A stretch of DNA of 54,917 bases from Pseudomonadota bacterium (GTDB lineage Bacteria > UBA10199 > 2-02-FULL-44-16 > JBDRGF01), in the NCBI GenBank assembly GCA_043818055.1, contig JBDRGF010000104.1:1-54917 (forward strand), in the 5' to 3' direction. The stretch's first letter is position 1. The number at the start of each line of letters is the position of its first letter. The notes under the pieces were generated by a model. The model was given only the letters and a program-made list of their open reading frames with translations. It did no database searches and had not been told where the DNA came from. The translations under genes and the position numbers were made by a program. This document shows, piece after piece, positions 8,746-18,285 of this stretch.

Positions 8746-9912
8746 TCAAACAGTTGTGAAGAATTTGATCACAAAATCAGTTATCTGATTAAAGACCGCA
8801 GAACCGCTGTAACTTGCTATCGTTGCTGATATAGCTCCAAGGCCGATAACAAACATAGCAACAAGCTTGCCTAAATCCTGTCCCTTTAAGCTGCCGATCT
8901 CCTGTGGGCTTTGTGAGAGATAGGCGCTCGCCGCAAAGAGCTCCTCGCCGATCAGCGTATAGTCGCAGGCAGCGATGAAGAAGGGTAACTGTGACGGCAT
9001 AGCAGTGCCGGCAATCTGAATAGCGCCGACAGAGTTTCCAATTTCGGCCAGGATTAGACTTTCTGCAAAGAACGCACCCATATAAAAGCAGGTTGCTGGT
9101 TTGTCCCTGACCATGAGTCCGTTCACATGGGCGACAAAGGCAAATTGCTCGTCGGTGACGTAAAAGATATTTTGCTCGTTATAGGCATCCGGCCTTCCTG
9201 CAGCAAGAAACGCCCCTTTGACTATCTCCCTTGCTGTTGTCATGACTAGAGAGCGGCAGGTCGGTACCATGATCGGGGTGTCATATTCGGCAACCTTTTG
9301 AGATACCATGCTTAAGATGTTCAATCCTGCCATCGTCTGGACATCATCCATATCCTGAATTCCGGGGATATAGAGGATCGGCCTTCCCATCTCTGTTGCG
9401 CGCCCGATAGCCTCTTCTATAGCGTCGAGTCCTGCGATTTTTCTTATATAGTATTTCTTTCCCCTTCGGCTTGTTTCTATATAGTAGAGGATGGCAACGG
9501 TGATGATCAAAGCCAGTATCAGGAAGTAGGTCATCTTCGTATCAAACCACTGAGGTTTGGATATGACGGAGGCATCGGCATCTATAAAGGCCTTTGTTCC
9601 CCATTTGCTGATTAGGGCTATTCTGTAAAAGTATTCAGTTCCATCTATAGTAGTCTTATCTGCATATGTAGTCTCTCCGGGTTCGATAGTTGCAACAGTT
9701 GTAAAAGGTGCATCCTTCGCATCCCCTCTTAAAATCTCTATGGTGACGGGAATGAATTTGGCATCGGTGATATCCCAGGAAAGGGTGACCGATTTCCCCC
9801 CATCATCCGGAGTATCTATGGCCTTAAGCGTACCATTTACTTTCGCAGAAGATACCAGAAAGACAGGAATTGATAGAATTACAACAGCTGAGATTAACAG
9901 GATTTTTTTCAT
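8746..9912 (-). CDS. Signal peptide + FN3-like domain + TM + DUF6754-like domain membrane protein
   Basis: MKKILL signal peptide; DTPDDGGKSVTLSW...YADKT...EYFYRI is FN3-like; IRKIAGLDAIEEAIGRATEMGRP...CDYTLIGEELFAASAY. Alternative in-frame start at 9930. Confidence 0.8.
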   Translation of the reverse strand: MKKILLISAVVILSIPVFLVSSAKVNGTLKAIDTPDDGGKSVTLSWDITDAKFIPVTIEILRGDAKDAPFTTVATIEPGETTYADKTTIDGTEYFYRIALISKWGTKAFIDADASVISKPQWFDTKMTYFLILALIITVAILYYIETSRRGKKYYIRKIAGLDAIEEAIGRATEMGRPILYIPGIQDMDDVQTMAGLNILSMVSQKVAEYDTPIMVPTCRSLVMTTAREIVKGAFLAAGRPDAYNEQNIFYVTDEQFAFVAHVNGLMVRDKPATCFYMGAFFAESLILAEIGNSVGAIQIAGTAMPSQLPFFIAACDYTLIGEELFAASAYLSQSPQEIGSLKGQDLGKLVAMFVIGLGAISATIASYSGSAVFNQITDFVIKFFTTV

Positions 9913-9945
9913 TATTGACCCCCACTGCATTATTGACCCCCACTG
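9910..9945. repeat. Exact 18-bp tandem duplication of SD + start codon
   Basis: CATTATTGACCCCCACTG x2 (minus strand CAGTGGGGGTCAATAATG). Confidence 0.9.
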
Positions 9946-10065
9946 ATTGATCGGTGTGAACTATAATAATTATGAAGAGTTATCAAGATAAAAAACAAAA
10001 AATCGTATGTAACATCTAAGCGCGTAGCGTCGTACGTTAAATATGAAGCGCAATAAAAAGGGGTA

Positions 10066-10107
10066 TTACGTTTCACGCTTCACGCTTCACGGGTGGACGC
10101 TTCACGG
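10066..10107. repeat. Heptamer tandem repeat (TTCACGC)n
   Basis: TTCACGC TTCACGC TTCACGG ... TTCACGG, intergenic. Confidence 0.7.
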
Positions 10108-10112
10108 GTTTT

Positions 10113-11237
10113 TTACGATTCTATAATCTCAATATTCGCCCTTGGTATCACGACTTCGTTGTGGTCGATTTCGACTTTGCAGACTCTTGCCATGGATGAG
10201 CTCTCAAGTCTGACTAGTTCGGATGGTAATTTGGTGACGATGCCGATTTTGCCGAAGTAGGGTTCCCTGATTATTCTTACTGAGCTTCCAACTGTGATTC
10301 CGTTTGTTGAGATGTTGCGGATCTTGAACTCCTCCTGATACATGTCGCCAACAGGTATTATGATCTCAGGTCTCAAAACGCCTGCCCTGATCTGTGTCGC
10401 GCCGTTGATGCATGCAAATTTACCCTCGTTTTTCTTGAGCAGGTTGTAAGTTCTGCTGCTCATCTCAATGCTGCTGAATCCCTCAGTGATGATAACCGAA
10501 ATTCCCAGCTTTTCGGCCCCTGTGATAGCAACCCCGATATCGGCTTTGATGAAGCTTCTTAAATCCTGATCGTCGATTCCGCCGCTGATGATACCTTTTA
10601 CGCCAAGCGATACGGCCTTTCTCAGGGCATCGGCTGTTACTATTGAGCCTCCAACTACTATCTTTCCTCTGTGCTCCGACTTTATCTTTGTGTGATCGAG
10701 CGGTTCATCGGGGGAGTTACATGCGAAGACTATATCGCCATTTGTCTCTCCGCCGATTCCAAATATTCCCTGAATTAAAGCCGCGTGTGTCTGGATCTTA
10801 ACCCCTTCATGGGGAAAGACCTCTGTGATGACCCCGTCGATATAAGCTTTTACCTGGACTGGGGTAGGGGGAGATCTTAAAATAACCTGTCCCGTTATTG
10901 AAGATATACTCTCAATCTTTCCGTCGATCTTCGAGTGAGCCTTTGATTTAAAAAAACCGAAGAAACCTTTAGTCTCGGCGATCAGCTCATTTCTCTTAAC
11001 TTCGTCCCCCTCTTTTTTTAGCATGGCACCCATGACTTCGTCGGGGCTGACATTTAAAATATGTGAGAAATTCATAGGAAAGACATTCCCCGGGAGATAA
11101 GTCTCTGCAACGATGTCATCGGCTTTTACGATATCTCCCTTTTTAACCACTACTTCGCCCTTGATGGGGAGTATCCTGCTTTTTATTATGAGCTGATTCT
11201 CTGCAACTTTGAGCCCTGGGGTATATGCGTGTGCCAT
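10113..11237 (-). CDS. Uncharacterised protein with barrel-sandwich hybrid-like motifs and a C-terminal KOW-like motif
   Basis: VVVKKGDIVKADDIVAE and MLKKEGDEVKRNELIAE; ITVGSSVRIIREPYFGKIGIV. Confidence 0.75.
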   Translation of the reverse strand: MAHAYTPGLKVAENQLIIKSRILPIKGEVVVKKGDIVKADDIVAETYLPGNVFPMNFSHILNVSPDEVMGAMLKKEGDEVKRNELIAETKGFFGFFKSKAHSKIDGKIESISSITGQVILRSPPTPVQVKAYIDGVITEVFPHEGVKIQTHAALIQGIFGIGGETNGDIVFACNSPDEPLDHTKIKSEHRGKIVVGGSIVTADALRKAVSLGVKGIISGGIDDQDLRSFIKADIGVAITGAEKLGISVIITEGFSSIEMSSRTYNLLKKNEGKFACINGATQIRAGVLRPEIIIPVGDMYQEEFKIRNISTNGITVGSSVRIIREPYFGKIGIVTKLPSELVRLESSSMARVCKVEIDHNEVVIPRANIEIIES

Positions 11238-11248
11238 AGTCCTATCCC

Positions 11249-13069
11249 TTATTTTGTTATGTTTTGCTGATAAGCTTCAAACTCTTTTAGCCATGCGGAC
11301 TGTTTTTCAATTCTCTTTCGTTCTTCCGTTGGAATTAAGAGTGGCCGTCCGCGACAATCGAGTATTAAGCCGACTGTGCCGCCTCTGACAGTTGTTTCAA
11401 CGAGCTTGCCCGATCCATTGCCAAGGTCAAATCCGCGAGCAGGGTAAGCTTTGAGTTGAGCAGTTTTGCCATCCGGGATTCTTATCAGTCTGAGACTTCC
11501 AAAGGCCATTTCCTCTTCTATCACCTTCCCATCAGGCATGGTGAGATGGAATTTCAGACATGTCTTTCCCTCTTTTCCGACGCCTGTCGGAGTTACTGAG
11601 GTGCCGAGATAGATCATACAATCTTTTTTGAAAACTTCAGTTGCAGCATTTTTGTGTACCTGAGTTAAAACCCCCAGATGTGGCATCATGAAGATGCTGT
11701 CCTTTGCAAGCAAAGTAATATGCTCGGGCAGGAAGGAATCGATAAGCATCATCGCAGTCTGTTCCATTCTCGGTGCGTGGGAAAGGACTCCGCCCGAAGC
11801 GACCAGTAGATTTAAATGAGGCATTTTTATCAGCGTTGAGGCGGAAGCCTTCTGGTCGAAGACATCCCCGATCGTTCTTTGTTTTTGCACGCCTTTCAAC
11901 TCAGTTGCAAATTCCTTATGTTGTTCAAAGGCGAGTCTCAAAGCCTCTCTTGCGACTGCCTGTTCCATGATCAGATCTTCGATTGTCTGTGGAATCGTTG
12001 TCGGCCTGATCATCTTGTTCTTGATGCAGTTTCTTAAGTTTCTCTCGTCAATTTTGAAGGGAATCCATCTGATGATATTTTCAAGTCCTGCTTCAGCTAG
12101 CACGTTCGAAATAGAATAGCTCATTCCGAGATTGGCCGAGACTGTTCTGTTGAAATTATTGTCGAATACGCTGAAGACGTCGGTGGTTGCTCCGCCGATA
12201 TCTACGCCGACCGCGTTGATGTTGTCCTGTTCTGCAATCGTCTTCAGTATCAATCCAACAGCGGCAGGGGTTGGCATGATCGGCGCATTTGTCCACGACA
12301 TCAGCTTTTGATATCCCGGTGCCTGTGCCATGACATGTTCGAGGAATAGATCGTGGATCTTTTCCCTTGCTGGGCCTAAATTCTCATATTCAAGGACTGG
12401 CCTTAAATTAGCGCATATATAAAGCTTGGTCTTTTTTTCAAGCGATTTTGAAACTTCAGGGATCGCCATCTTGTTGCCAGCGTAGATTACAGGAAGCTTA
12501 TAGGAGCTGCCGAGCCGTGGCGTTGGATCCGCTGCGGATATGAGTTCAGCGAGCTCGACCACATGTGTTTTTGTACCGCCATCTATGCCTCCTGATAGCA
12601 GGATCATATCAGGTCTCAGCTGGCGAATCTTTTCTATCTGCTCATAGGGAAGTCTTTTGTCGTTATGCGCTATGACATCCATGACGATCGCTCCAGCGCC
12701 CAGAGCTGCTCTCTCAGCGCTTTCAGCAGTCATAGACCGCACCACACCGGCCACCATCATCTGTAAGCCTCCTCCCGCGGAGGAAGTGGAAATGTAGATA
12801 TCGCATCCGACGCTTCCCTGAGCTGGTGTGATGATCTTTCCATTTTCGTCGATAAGCTTTCTCTTCGAGAGCTCGCTTATCTCAGCTACGGCATTTAAGA
12901 CTCCGAGCGTGACATCTTCAAAGGGGGCTTCAACGGTAGTTGGAGCCTCTCCTCTGTATGTCTGACGATAAGAACCATCGATCTTTTCGATCAGGATCGC
13001 CTTGGTCGTCGTTGAACCGCAGTCGGTGGCAAGGATAACTCTAATCTCTTTGTTTTTTTTCTGGTTCAT
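11249..13069 (-). CDS. Glutamate mutase L (GlmL/MutL)-like ASKHA-fold ATPase
   Basis: Phosphate-1 DCGSTTTK, SSAGGGL, LLSGGIDGG, phosphate-2 VDIGGATTDV, adenosine SGGVLSHA; start 13069 (ATG) or 13084 (TTG). Confidence 0.85.
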   Translation of the reverse strand: MNQKKNKEIRVILATDCGSTTTKAILIEKIDGSYRQTYRGEAPTTVEAPFEDVTLGVLNAVAEISELSKRKLIDENGKIITPAQGSVGCDIYISTSSAGGGLQMMVAGVVRSMTAESAERAALGAGAIVMDVIAHNDKRLPYEQIEKIRQLRPDMILLSGGIDGGTKTHVVELAELISAADPTPRLGSSYKLPVIYAGNKMAIPEVSKSLEKKTKLYICANLRPVLEYENLGPAREKIHDLFLEHVMAQAPGYQKLMSWTNAPIMPTPAAVGLILKTIAEQDNINAVGVDIGGATTDVFSVFDNNFNRTVSANLGMSYSISNVLAEAGLENIIRWIPFKIDERNLRNCIKNKMIRPTTIPQTIEDLIMEQAVAREALRLAFEQHKEFATELKGVQKQRTIGDVFDQKASASTLIKMPHLNLLVASGGVLSHAPRMEQTAMMLIDSFLPEHITLLAKDSIFMMPHLGVLTQVHKNAATEVFKKDCMIYLGTSVTPTGVGKEGKTCLKFHLTMPDGKVIEEEMAFGSLRLIRIPDGKTAQLKAYPARGFDLGNGSGKLVETTVRGGTVGLILDCRGRPLLIPTEERKRIEKQSAWLKEFEAYQQNITK

Positions 13070-13406
13070 CGTTTTCTCTTTCAATTCTTATTATTAGTTC
13101 TTCAATGCTGTTTCTATGTTCAAGCAGTTTGGAAAAATGATCATATTCGTCGCAGCTCAGTATAGAATCAACAATCGGCCGGAAAAAAACCAATGTCTGA
13201 CTGCCGATGTAATTCAGCGGTTTTACGCTTTCAAGGGCAATCACTGCAGGGATGACAAGCCCTAGTTTGACTATCTTCCGCGCAATTTTATCCATCAATT
13301 CATAATCGTAATCGGTGAAGTGGTATTCACCCTTTTTTTCTATGGCAAAGGCGCGTTTAAAGCCATCCCAAAAATTCTGTTTTTTTTCAGCCGACTCTTT
13401 CATCAC
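13041..13406 (-). CDS. Small hypothetical protein
   Basis: 121 aa; overlaps the start of the GlmL-like gene; motif LESVKPLNYIGSQ. Confidence 0.7.
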   Translation of the reverse strand: MMKESAEKKQNFWDGFKRAFAIEKKGEYHFTDYDYELMDKIARKIVKLGLVIPAVIALESVKPLNYIGSQTLVFFRPIVDSILSCDEYDHFSKLLEHRNSIEELIIRIERENDEPEKKQRD

Positions 13407-13420
13407 CTTGCTTGTTCCCC

Positions 13421-13837
13421 TTAAAGCGTTTTTCTACCTTGATCGATATTTCTCACTATAAAATCAAATGCATCGTCTGGTGTTGTTTCGTTTGTCAAAA
13501 TATACGTACCTCTGAATTTTTCGAGGCGTGAACGAAATGCAAAAGGGGAGAGCAATATGCCATTTCTGTCCCTGTGTGCGCTTTTAAACTCGTTCCAACT
13601 CTTGTTTATGCTTCCTAACGGATAAGTAACTACCAGGCCACTTCCATCAAGACTGACATTTGCAGGGAGGATAAAACGCCTCTGTTCAATGAGTAATATG
13701 ATAAGAATTAAAAATGCTAAGATGTAGCTCCGCATTAACACCAGCGCAAGCGCGATGAAGAGGGTATTCAGCGTGATCATTAAAATTGCTTTATTGATCT
13801 TCTCTTTGAAAGGCCATATGTGCCAGGTGATTTTCAA
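13421..13837 (-). CDS. Two-TM membrane protein with a PH-like C-terminal domain
   Basis: Two TM helices followed by beta-rich LDGSGLVV...KSWNEFKS; TTG start is uncertain. Confidence 0.65.
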   Translation of the reverse strand: MKITWHIWPFKEKINKAILMITLNTLFIALALVLMRSYILAFLILIILLIEQRRFILPANVSLDGSGLVVTYPLGSINKSWNEFKSAHRDRNGILLSPFAFRSRLEKFRGTYILTNETTPDDAFDFIVRNIDQGRKTL

Positions 13838-13882
13838 GTCTTTACTTATCTTTCTCCCCTCAGATATCTATATGAATTCACT

Positions 13883-13912
13883 AATCTATAACGGATTTTG
13901 TGATTAAGTCAA
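13883..13912 (-). promoter_or_regulatory. Putative sigma70 promoter for the GlmL-like cluster
   Basis: TTGACT-N16-TATAGA or N18-TAGATT on the minus strand. Confidence 0.4.
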
Positions 13913-13939
13913 TGGCAAGATTGTTCAAAGATAAAAAAA

Positions 13940-14542
13940 TTATCTTTCGAGTTTTGCCCTTAATGATCCCAGCTCGGAGATAATTTTTTCAACGAAGTGA
14001 ACCAGATTTTTTTGACACTCTAAATCATTATTTGACAGAAAATCTTGTGCTGAAGCGATCAGATCGTCGATTTTTTTCACAGCGACTGAGGGGGATGCTC
14101 TGGTTTCAAGAGGCTCTTTGGCCTTAGGTCTGCTCTGTTTTCTTCTGAAATACTTTGAAATGATATTAGGCAACGCATCAAGGCTCTCAGCCCTCTTGGA
14201 GATGTATTCAGCCGCCCCTTTTTTTGCCAGCTTAGCTGACATCTGGGCATCATCGACACCCGATATGACTATAATTGGAGTGCCACTTGCCATATCGGAA
14301 AGTCTGCTAAAATGATTCAAAAGGGATGTCTCCCCCAGCATGCAGTCGCTCAATATCAAATCATACTGATTCTGTCGTAAAAGCTGGATCGCTTTATCGA
14401 GGTCATCGACCGTATGGATGATTATGGGCGAAAAATGGCGATCAAAAATCTCGGTCAGCAGTTCAGCGTGACTCGCGTTCTCCTCTATGAGGAGAACGAT
14501 TTTTGGTTCTGTCCTTATCGAATGATCATCATTTGTTTTCAT
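13940..14542 (-). CDS. Response regulator receiver protein with a short helical tail
   Basis: [30 protein letters not shown] overlap with the metK stop. Confidence 0.85.
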   Translation of the reverse strand: MKTNDDHSIRTEPKIVLLIEENASHAELLTEIFDRHFSPIIIHTVDDLDKAIQLLRQNQYDLILSDCMLGETSLLNHFSRLSDMASGTPIIVISGVDDAQMSAKLAKKGAAEYISKRAESLDALPNIISKYFRRKQSRPKAKEPLETRASPSVAVKKIDDLIASAQDFLSNNDLECQKNLVHFVEKIISELGSLRAKLER

Positions 14543-15714
14543 TTGATATTGAGAGCTCTTTTCACCTGATCGACCTTGTCTGTCTTCTCCCATGTGAATT
14601 CCGGTTCATTTCTCCCGAAATGTCCACCTGAAGCAGTCTTTCTGTAGATCGGACGGAGCAGGTTGAGCTCTTTTATGATGCTTGCCGGTTTTAGAGGGAA
14701 GATTTCCTTCACGGCTAACAGTAGCTGGTCGTAATCCCCAGCGAAGGTTCCGAATCCGTTGATTAGAAGGGAAACCGGCTCAGGATAGCCGATCGCATAA
14801 GCAATTTGTACTTCGCATCGTTCCATGGCGCCTGCAGCGACCAGATTCTTTGCGATATATCTAGCGGCATATGATGCGCTTCTGTCGACCTTTGATGGAT
14901 CTTTGCCGGAGAATGCGCCGCCTCCATGGCTTCCCACGCCGCCGTAAGTATCAACTATGATTTTTCTGCCGGTCAGTCCGCAATCGGCCTGTGGGCCACC
15001 CATCACAAATCGTCCGGTTGGATTGATAAAATAATTTGTCTTTTCTGTGACATTCTGATCGGCCATTATCGGATCTATGATTTGTTCTCTCACTGTCTTC
15101 TGTAGCTCTTCATAGCTAACATCAGGATCGTGCTGTGTTGATAATACAATAGTTTCGATTCTGACCGGCTTGTTGTTTTCATAAAGCACTGTCACCTGGG
15201 ATTTGCCGTCAGGTCTTAGGAATTTTACATTGCCATTGTCCCTGGCTTCCGTGAGCCGTCTTGTCAAACGGTGTGCCAGAGTGATTGGAAGGGGCATCAA
15301 CTCAGGAGTTTCATTGCATGCATATCCAAACATGACACCCTGATCGCCGGCTCCCTGCTCTTTGAAGAGGCTCTCAGTTGCTGTGACACCTCTTGAAATA
15401 TCTGGCGATTGTTTGTCCAGAGAGACTACAACCCCGCAAGTCTCCCAGTCAAAACCCATATCGCTGTGGTTGTATCCGATATCCTTGATGGTATTTCTCA
15501 CGACTTTGGGATATTCAACAACTGCTTTTGTAGTGATTTCACCGGCTAGAACTGCCATGCCTGTTGTTACCATAGTTTCACATGCTACTCTGGATGTCGG
15601 ATCCTGTTCGAGGATCGCATCCAGGATTGAATCAGAGATCTGGTCAGCAACTTTATCAGGGTGACCTGCAGTGACTGATTCCGAAGTGAAAAGATAATAA
15701 GGTAAACTTCTCAT
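14539..15714 (-). CDS. metK: S-adenosylmethionine synthetase
   Basis: [28 protein letters not shown]. Confidence 0.98.
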   Translation of the reverse strand: MRSLPYYLFTSESVTAGHPDKVADQISDSILDAILEQDPTSRVACETMVTTGMAVLAGEITTKAVVEYPKVVRNTIKDIGYNHSDMGFDWETCGVVVSLDKQSPDISRGVTATESLFKEQGAGDQGVMFGYACNETPELMPLPITLAHRLTRRLTEARDNGNVKFLRPDGKSQVTVLYENNKPVRIETIVLSTQHDPDVSYEELQKTVREQIIDPIMADQNVTEKTNYFINPTGRFVMGGPQADCGLTGRKIIVDTYGGVGSHGGGAFSGKDPSKVDRSASYAARYIAKNLVAAGAMERCEVQIAYAIGYPEPVSLLINGFGTFAGDYDQLLLAVKEIFPLKPASIIKELNLLRPIYRKTASGGHFGRNEPEFTWEKTDKVDQVKRALNIK

Positions 15715-15758
15715 AATGACCCCACCTTTCTTTATGTTTAATCGTTTAAGTCCGGGAA

Positions 15759-15786
15759 TTTATATTAATTGTTTAAGTGATGTCAA
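15759..15786 (-). promoter_or_regulatory. Putative sigma70 promoter for metK
   Basis: TTGACA-N16-TATAAA on the minus strand. Confidence 0.45.
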
Positions 15787-15819
15787 ATGTTATGTTGGCC
15801 TTCTAGAGGGGCTGTTTGC

Positions 15820-17592
15820 TTATGTAGTGCCAAATTTTTGTAGATTAGCGGGTATGAAGGATTCAAATTCCTTTTTAAGATATTCTTCCACCTCAGACGC
15901 AGTAGAGTAGGTCATGGCATTTTCTACAACATTCTGAATTTTCTTTATGTCAATCGAACGGATGATTTTTTTTGCAAAAGGGATCGAGGCTGGATTCATC
16001 GATAAAGAATCGAACCCGAGTCCCAGCAGCAACGGTATGAAGAAAGGATCGGCAGCAAGCTCTCCGCAAAGTGAGAAAGGAATGTTGTGTTCCTTAGCAA
16101 CATTTGCAACCTGTTTTACCATTCTTATAATAGATGGGTGAAATGGTGTGTAAAGATAACTCACCAGTTCGTTGACCCTGTCGATTGCGAGGCCGTATTG
16201 GATGAGGTCATTTGTCCCGATCGAGAAAAAATCGCTCTCCTTTGCAAGTAGATCAGCTATGAAAACCGCAGCAGGAACTTCTATCATGATTCCCAAAGGG
16301 ATATTTTCGACAAATGTCTTATTCTGCGCAATGAGTTCGTTTTTGACTTCTGCAATGATCTTTTTGACAGCTCTTACCTCTTCAACATTGGATATCAGCG
16401 GCAAGAGTATTTTAAGATTTCCATGTGGGCTGGCCTGATAAAGAGCTCTCAGCTGCCTCTTGAACATAGGCCTTTCCCTCAGGCAGAGCCTGATGGAGCG
16501 AAGTCCCAACGCGGGGTTGGTCTGTTTGTTATAGCGGCTGCTCTTAGGCAGTTTGTCTCCGCCTAGATCTACGGTTCTTATGACTACCGGTTTTGGATTT
16601 AGCGCTTTTAAGACTAATGAATAGTTTTCAATCTGTTCATCCTCAGAAGGCTCTTCGACCCGGTTGAGGAATAGATATTCCGTCCTGTACAGTCCCACCC
16701 CTTCAGCTCCATGTTGGATAACGGATGGTATCTCATCGACGAGCTCGATATTTGCAAATATGCTGATAGTCTTTCCATCTTTTGTCTCAGCAGCGAGTTT
16801 GGTATCCTGCATCAGGAGACTCTCCAGCGCCTGATATTTGTTTTGAGCGGCTTTATAGCTGTTAAGCTCCGCTGGGGTAGGATTGGCTATAGCTATTCCC
16901 TTGAGACCGTCCAAAATTATTTTGTCGTTCTCGTCAAAAGCCGCAAGGGCGTTTTCGATGCTGAAGAGGGCAGGGATTCCGAGCGATCTTGCGATGATTG
17001 CGCTATGAGATGTTTTCCCTCCAACTTCCATTATAAAGCCTTTGACTCTTTCGTGTGGAAAAGTGGCAATATCTGCCGGTGAGATGTCGCGAGCTATCAG
17101 AATCCATTCCCCTTCCGGAACAGTTTCTATGTGAGAATCTGTTTCGCCGCTCAAATTTGAGATCAGTTGTTTTCCAATATATTCCAGATCCTGTTTTTTT
17201 TCTTTGAAGAAGTCTTCATCGAGATTCATAAATGAGAGTTTGATCTGGGAAAGGGTCTTGTCCAGAGCCCATTCAGCGTTGATCTTCTCGGCAGTGATAT
17301 GTTCGATAGTCGTTTTTATGAGCATGTCATCCTGAAGGAGAAGGCGCTGGGACTCAAGAATCCCAAGTTGGTCGGTTTTTTGAAACTGGCTCAGTTTCGA
17401 TTGAACATTCAAAAGTTGTCTTATAGAAAGATTGAGTGCTTGTTTGAATCTCTCAATTTCACTGTTGACATCCTCGTCCCGAATCCAGGTCTTTGTGGGT
17501 AATAATTTTGGGGGATTTATTCTTCTCACCTGGCCTATGGCAATTCCGGGAGATGTAGTATGAGTGTGAAGCCTCTTGTGTTTATCCCTCAT
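15820..17592 (-). CDS. ptsI: PTS enzyme I (no GAF domain)
   Basis: GGKTSHSAI, GVGLYRTE, NPALGLRSIR, FSIGTNDLIQY, CGE. Confidence 0.96.
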   Translation of the reverse strand: MRDKHKRLHTHTTSPGIAIGQVRRINPPKLLPTKTWIRDEDVNSEIERFKQALNLSIRQLLNVQSKLSQFQKTDQLGILESQRLLLQDDMLIKTTIEHITAEKINAEWALDKTLSQIKLSFMNLDEDFFKEKKQDLEYIGKQLISNLSGETDSHIETVPEGEWILIARDISPADIATFPHERVKGFIMEVGGKTSHSAIIARSLGIPALFSIENALAAFDENDKIILDGLKGIAIANPTPAELNSYKAAQNKYQALESLLMQDTKLAAETKDGKTISIFANIELVDEIPSVIQHGAEGVGLYRTEYLFLNRVEEPSEDEQIENYSLVLKALNPKPVVIRTVDLGGDKLPKSSRYNKQTNPALGLRSIRLCLRERPMFKRQLRALYQASPHGNLKILLPLISNVEEVRAVKKIIAEVKNELIAQNKTFVENIPLGIMIEVPAAVFIADLLAKESDFFSIGTNDLIQYGLAIDRVNELVSYLYTPFHPSIIRMVKQVANVAKEHNIPFSLCGELAADPFFIPLLLGLGFDSLSMNPASIPFAKKIIRSIDIKKIQNVVENAMTYSTASEVEEYLKKEFESFIPANLQKFGTT

Positions 17593-17873
17593 TGTAGCTC
17601 TCCAAATTTGCTTTTTATCAATTCTCCCAGAGCAAGAAGCGCTTCTTCTGCGTCGTGTCCGATCGATGTTATTTCAATCACGGAACCTTTGCTCGCAGCA
17701 AGCATAAGAACTCCCATGATGCTTTTGCCGTTAACCTCGATGTTGTTTTTTTTCACAACGATCTCGGATGCGAACCTGTTCGCAATCTTCACAAAATTTG
17801 CAGCTGCTCTTGCGTGCAGGCCGAGCTTGTTAATAATTTTAAAATTACGTGTTAATTTCTGGTTTTCTTTCAT
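17589..17873 (-). CDS. ptsH: Phosphocarrier HPr
   Basis: GLHARAA (His15) and KSIMGV (Ser46). Confidence 0.96.
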   Translation of the reverse strand: MKENQKLTRNFKIINKLGLHARAAANFVKIANRFASEIVVKKNNIEVNGKSIMGVLMLAASKGSVIEITSIGHDAEEALLALGELIKSKFGELQ

Positions 17874-18285
17874 TTTTCGTCTTCTGTTCGCTATGCAATA
17901 TCTGGTTTGCGATTATAATGTTTTTTTGTCCATATTCCCTGATGAAGGGAACAACCTCTTCCAGTTTCGAATCGGATGAGATACATACCAGCTTCACCAG
18001 CATTGGAAGGTTGAAGCCGGATATAACTTCGATCTTTTTGTCCGATAAACATGACAGACAGATGTTAGATGGAGTGCCGCCAAACATGTCGGTGAGGATG
18101 ATTATACCATCTCCATCATCCACCTGTTTTACCGCATCTGAGATCTGTTCGCGGATGAACTCGGTAGGCTTGTCCGAATCGATATCGACACCGATTATAT
18201 GTTTTGCGGATGGCATGATATGTTTTGCTGCTTTGACCATCTCGGTGCCTATTGCTGCGTGTGCTACGACTATAATTCCAATCAT
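17845..18285 (-). CDS. PTS mannose-family EIIA
   Basis: IIVVAH, LTDMFGGTPSN, GFNLPML. Confidence 0.93.
   Translation of the reverse strand: MIGIIVVAHAAIGTEMVKAAKHIMPSAKHIIGVDIDSDKPTEFIREQISDAVKQVDDGDGIIILTDMFGGTPSNICLSCLSDKKIEVISGFNLPMLVKLVCISSDSKLEEVVPFIREYGQKNIIIANQILHSEQKTKNERKPEINT

Noticed and set aside
11249..13069. DNA mismatch repair MutL or a glutamate fermentation operon
   Set aside because: Motifs are ASKHA-type, not GHKL; no mutase or methylaspartase genes in the window
15715..15819. SAM riboswitch before metK
   Set aside because: Short AT-rich leader with no SAM-I or SAM-II consensus visible
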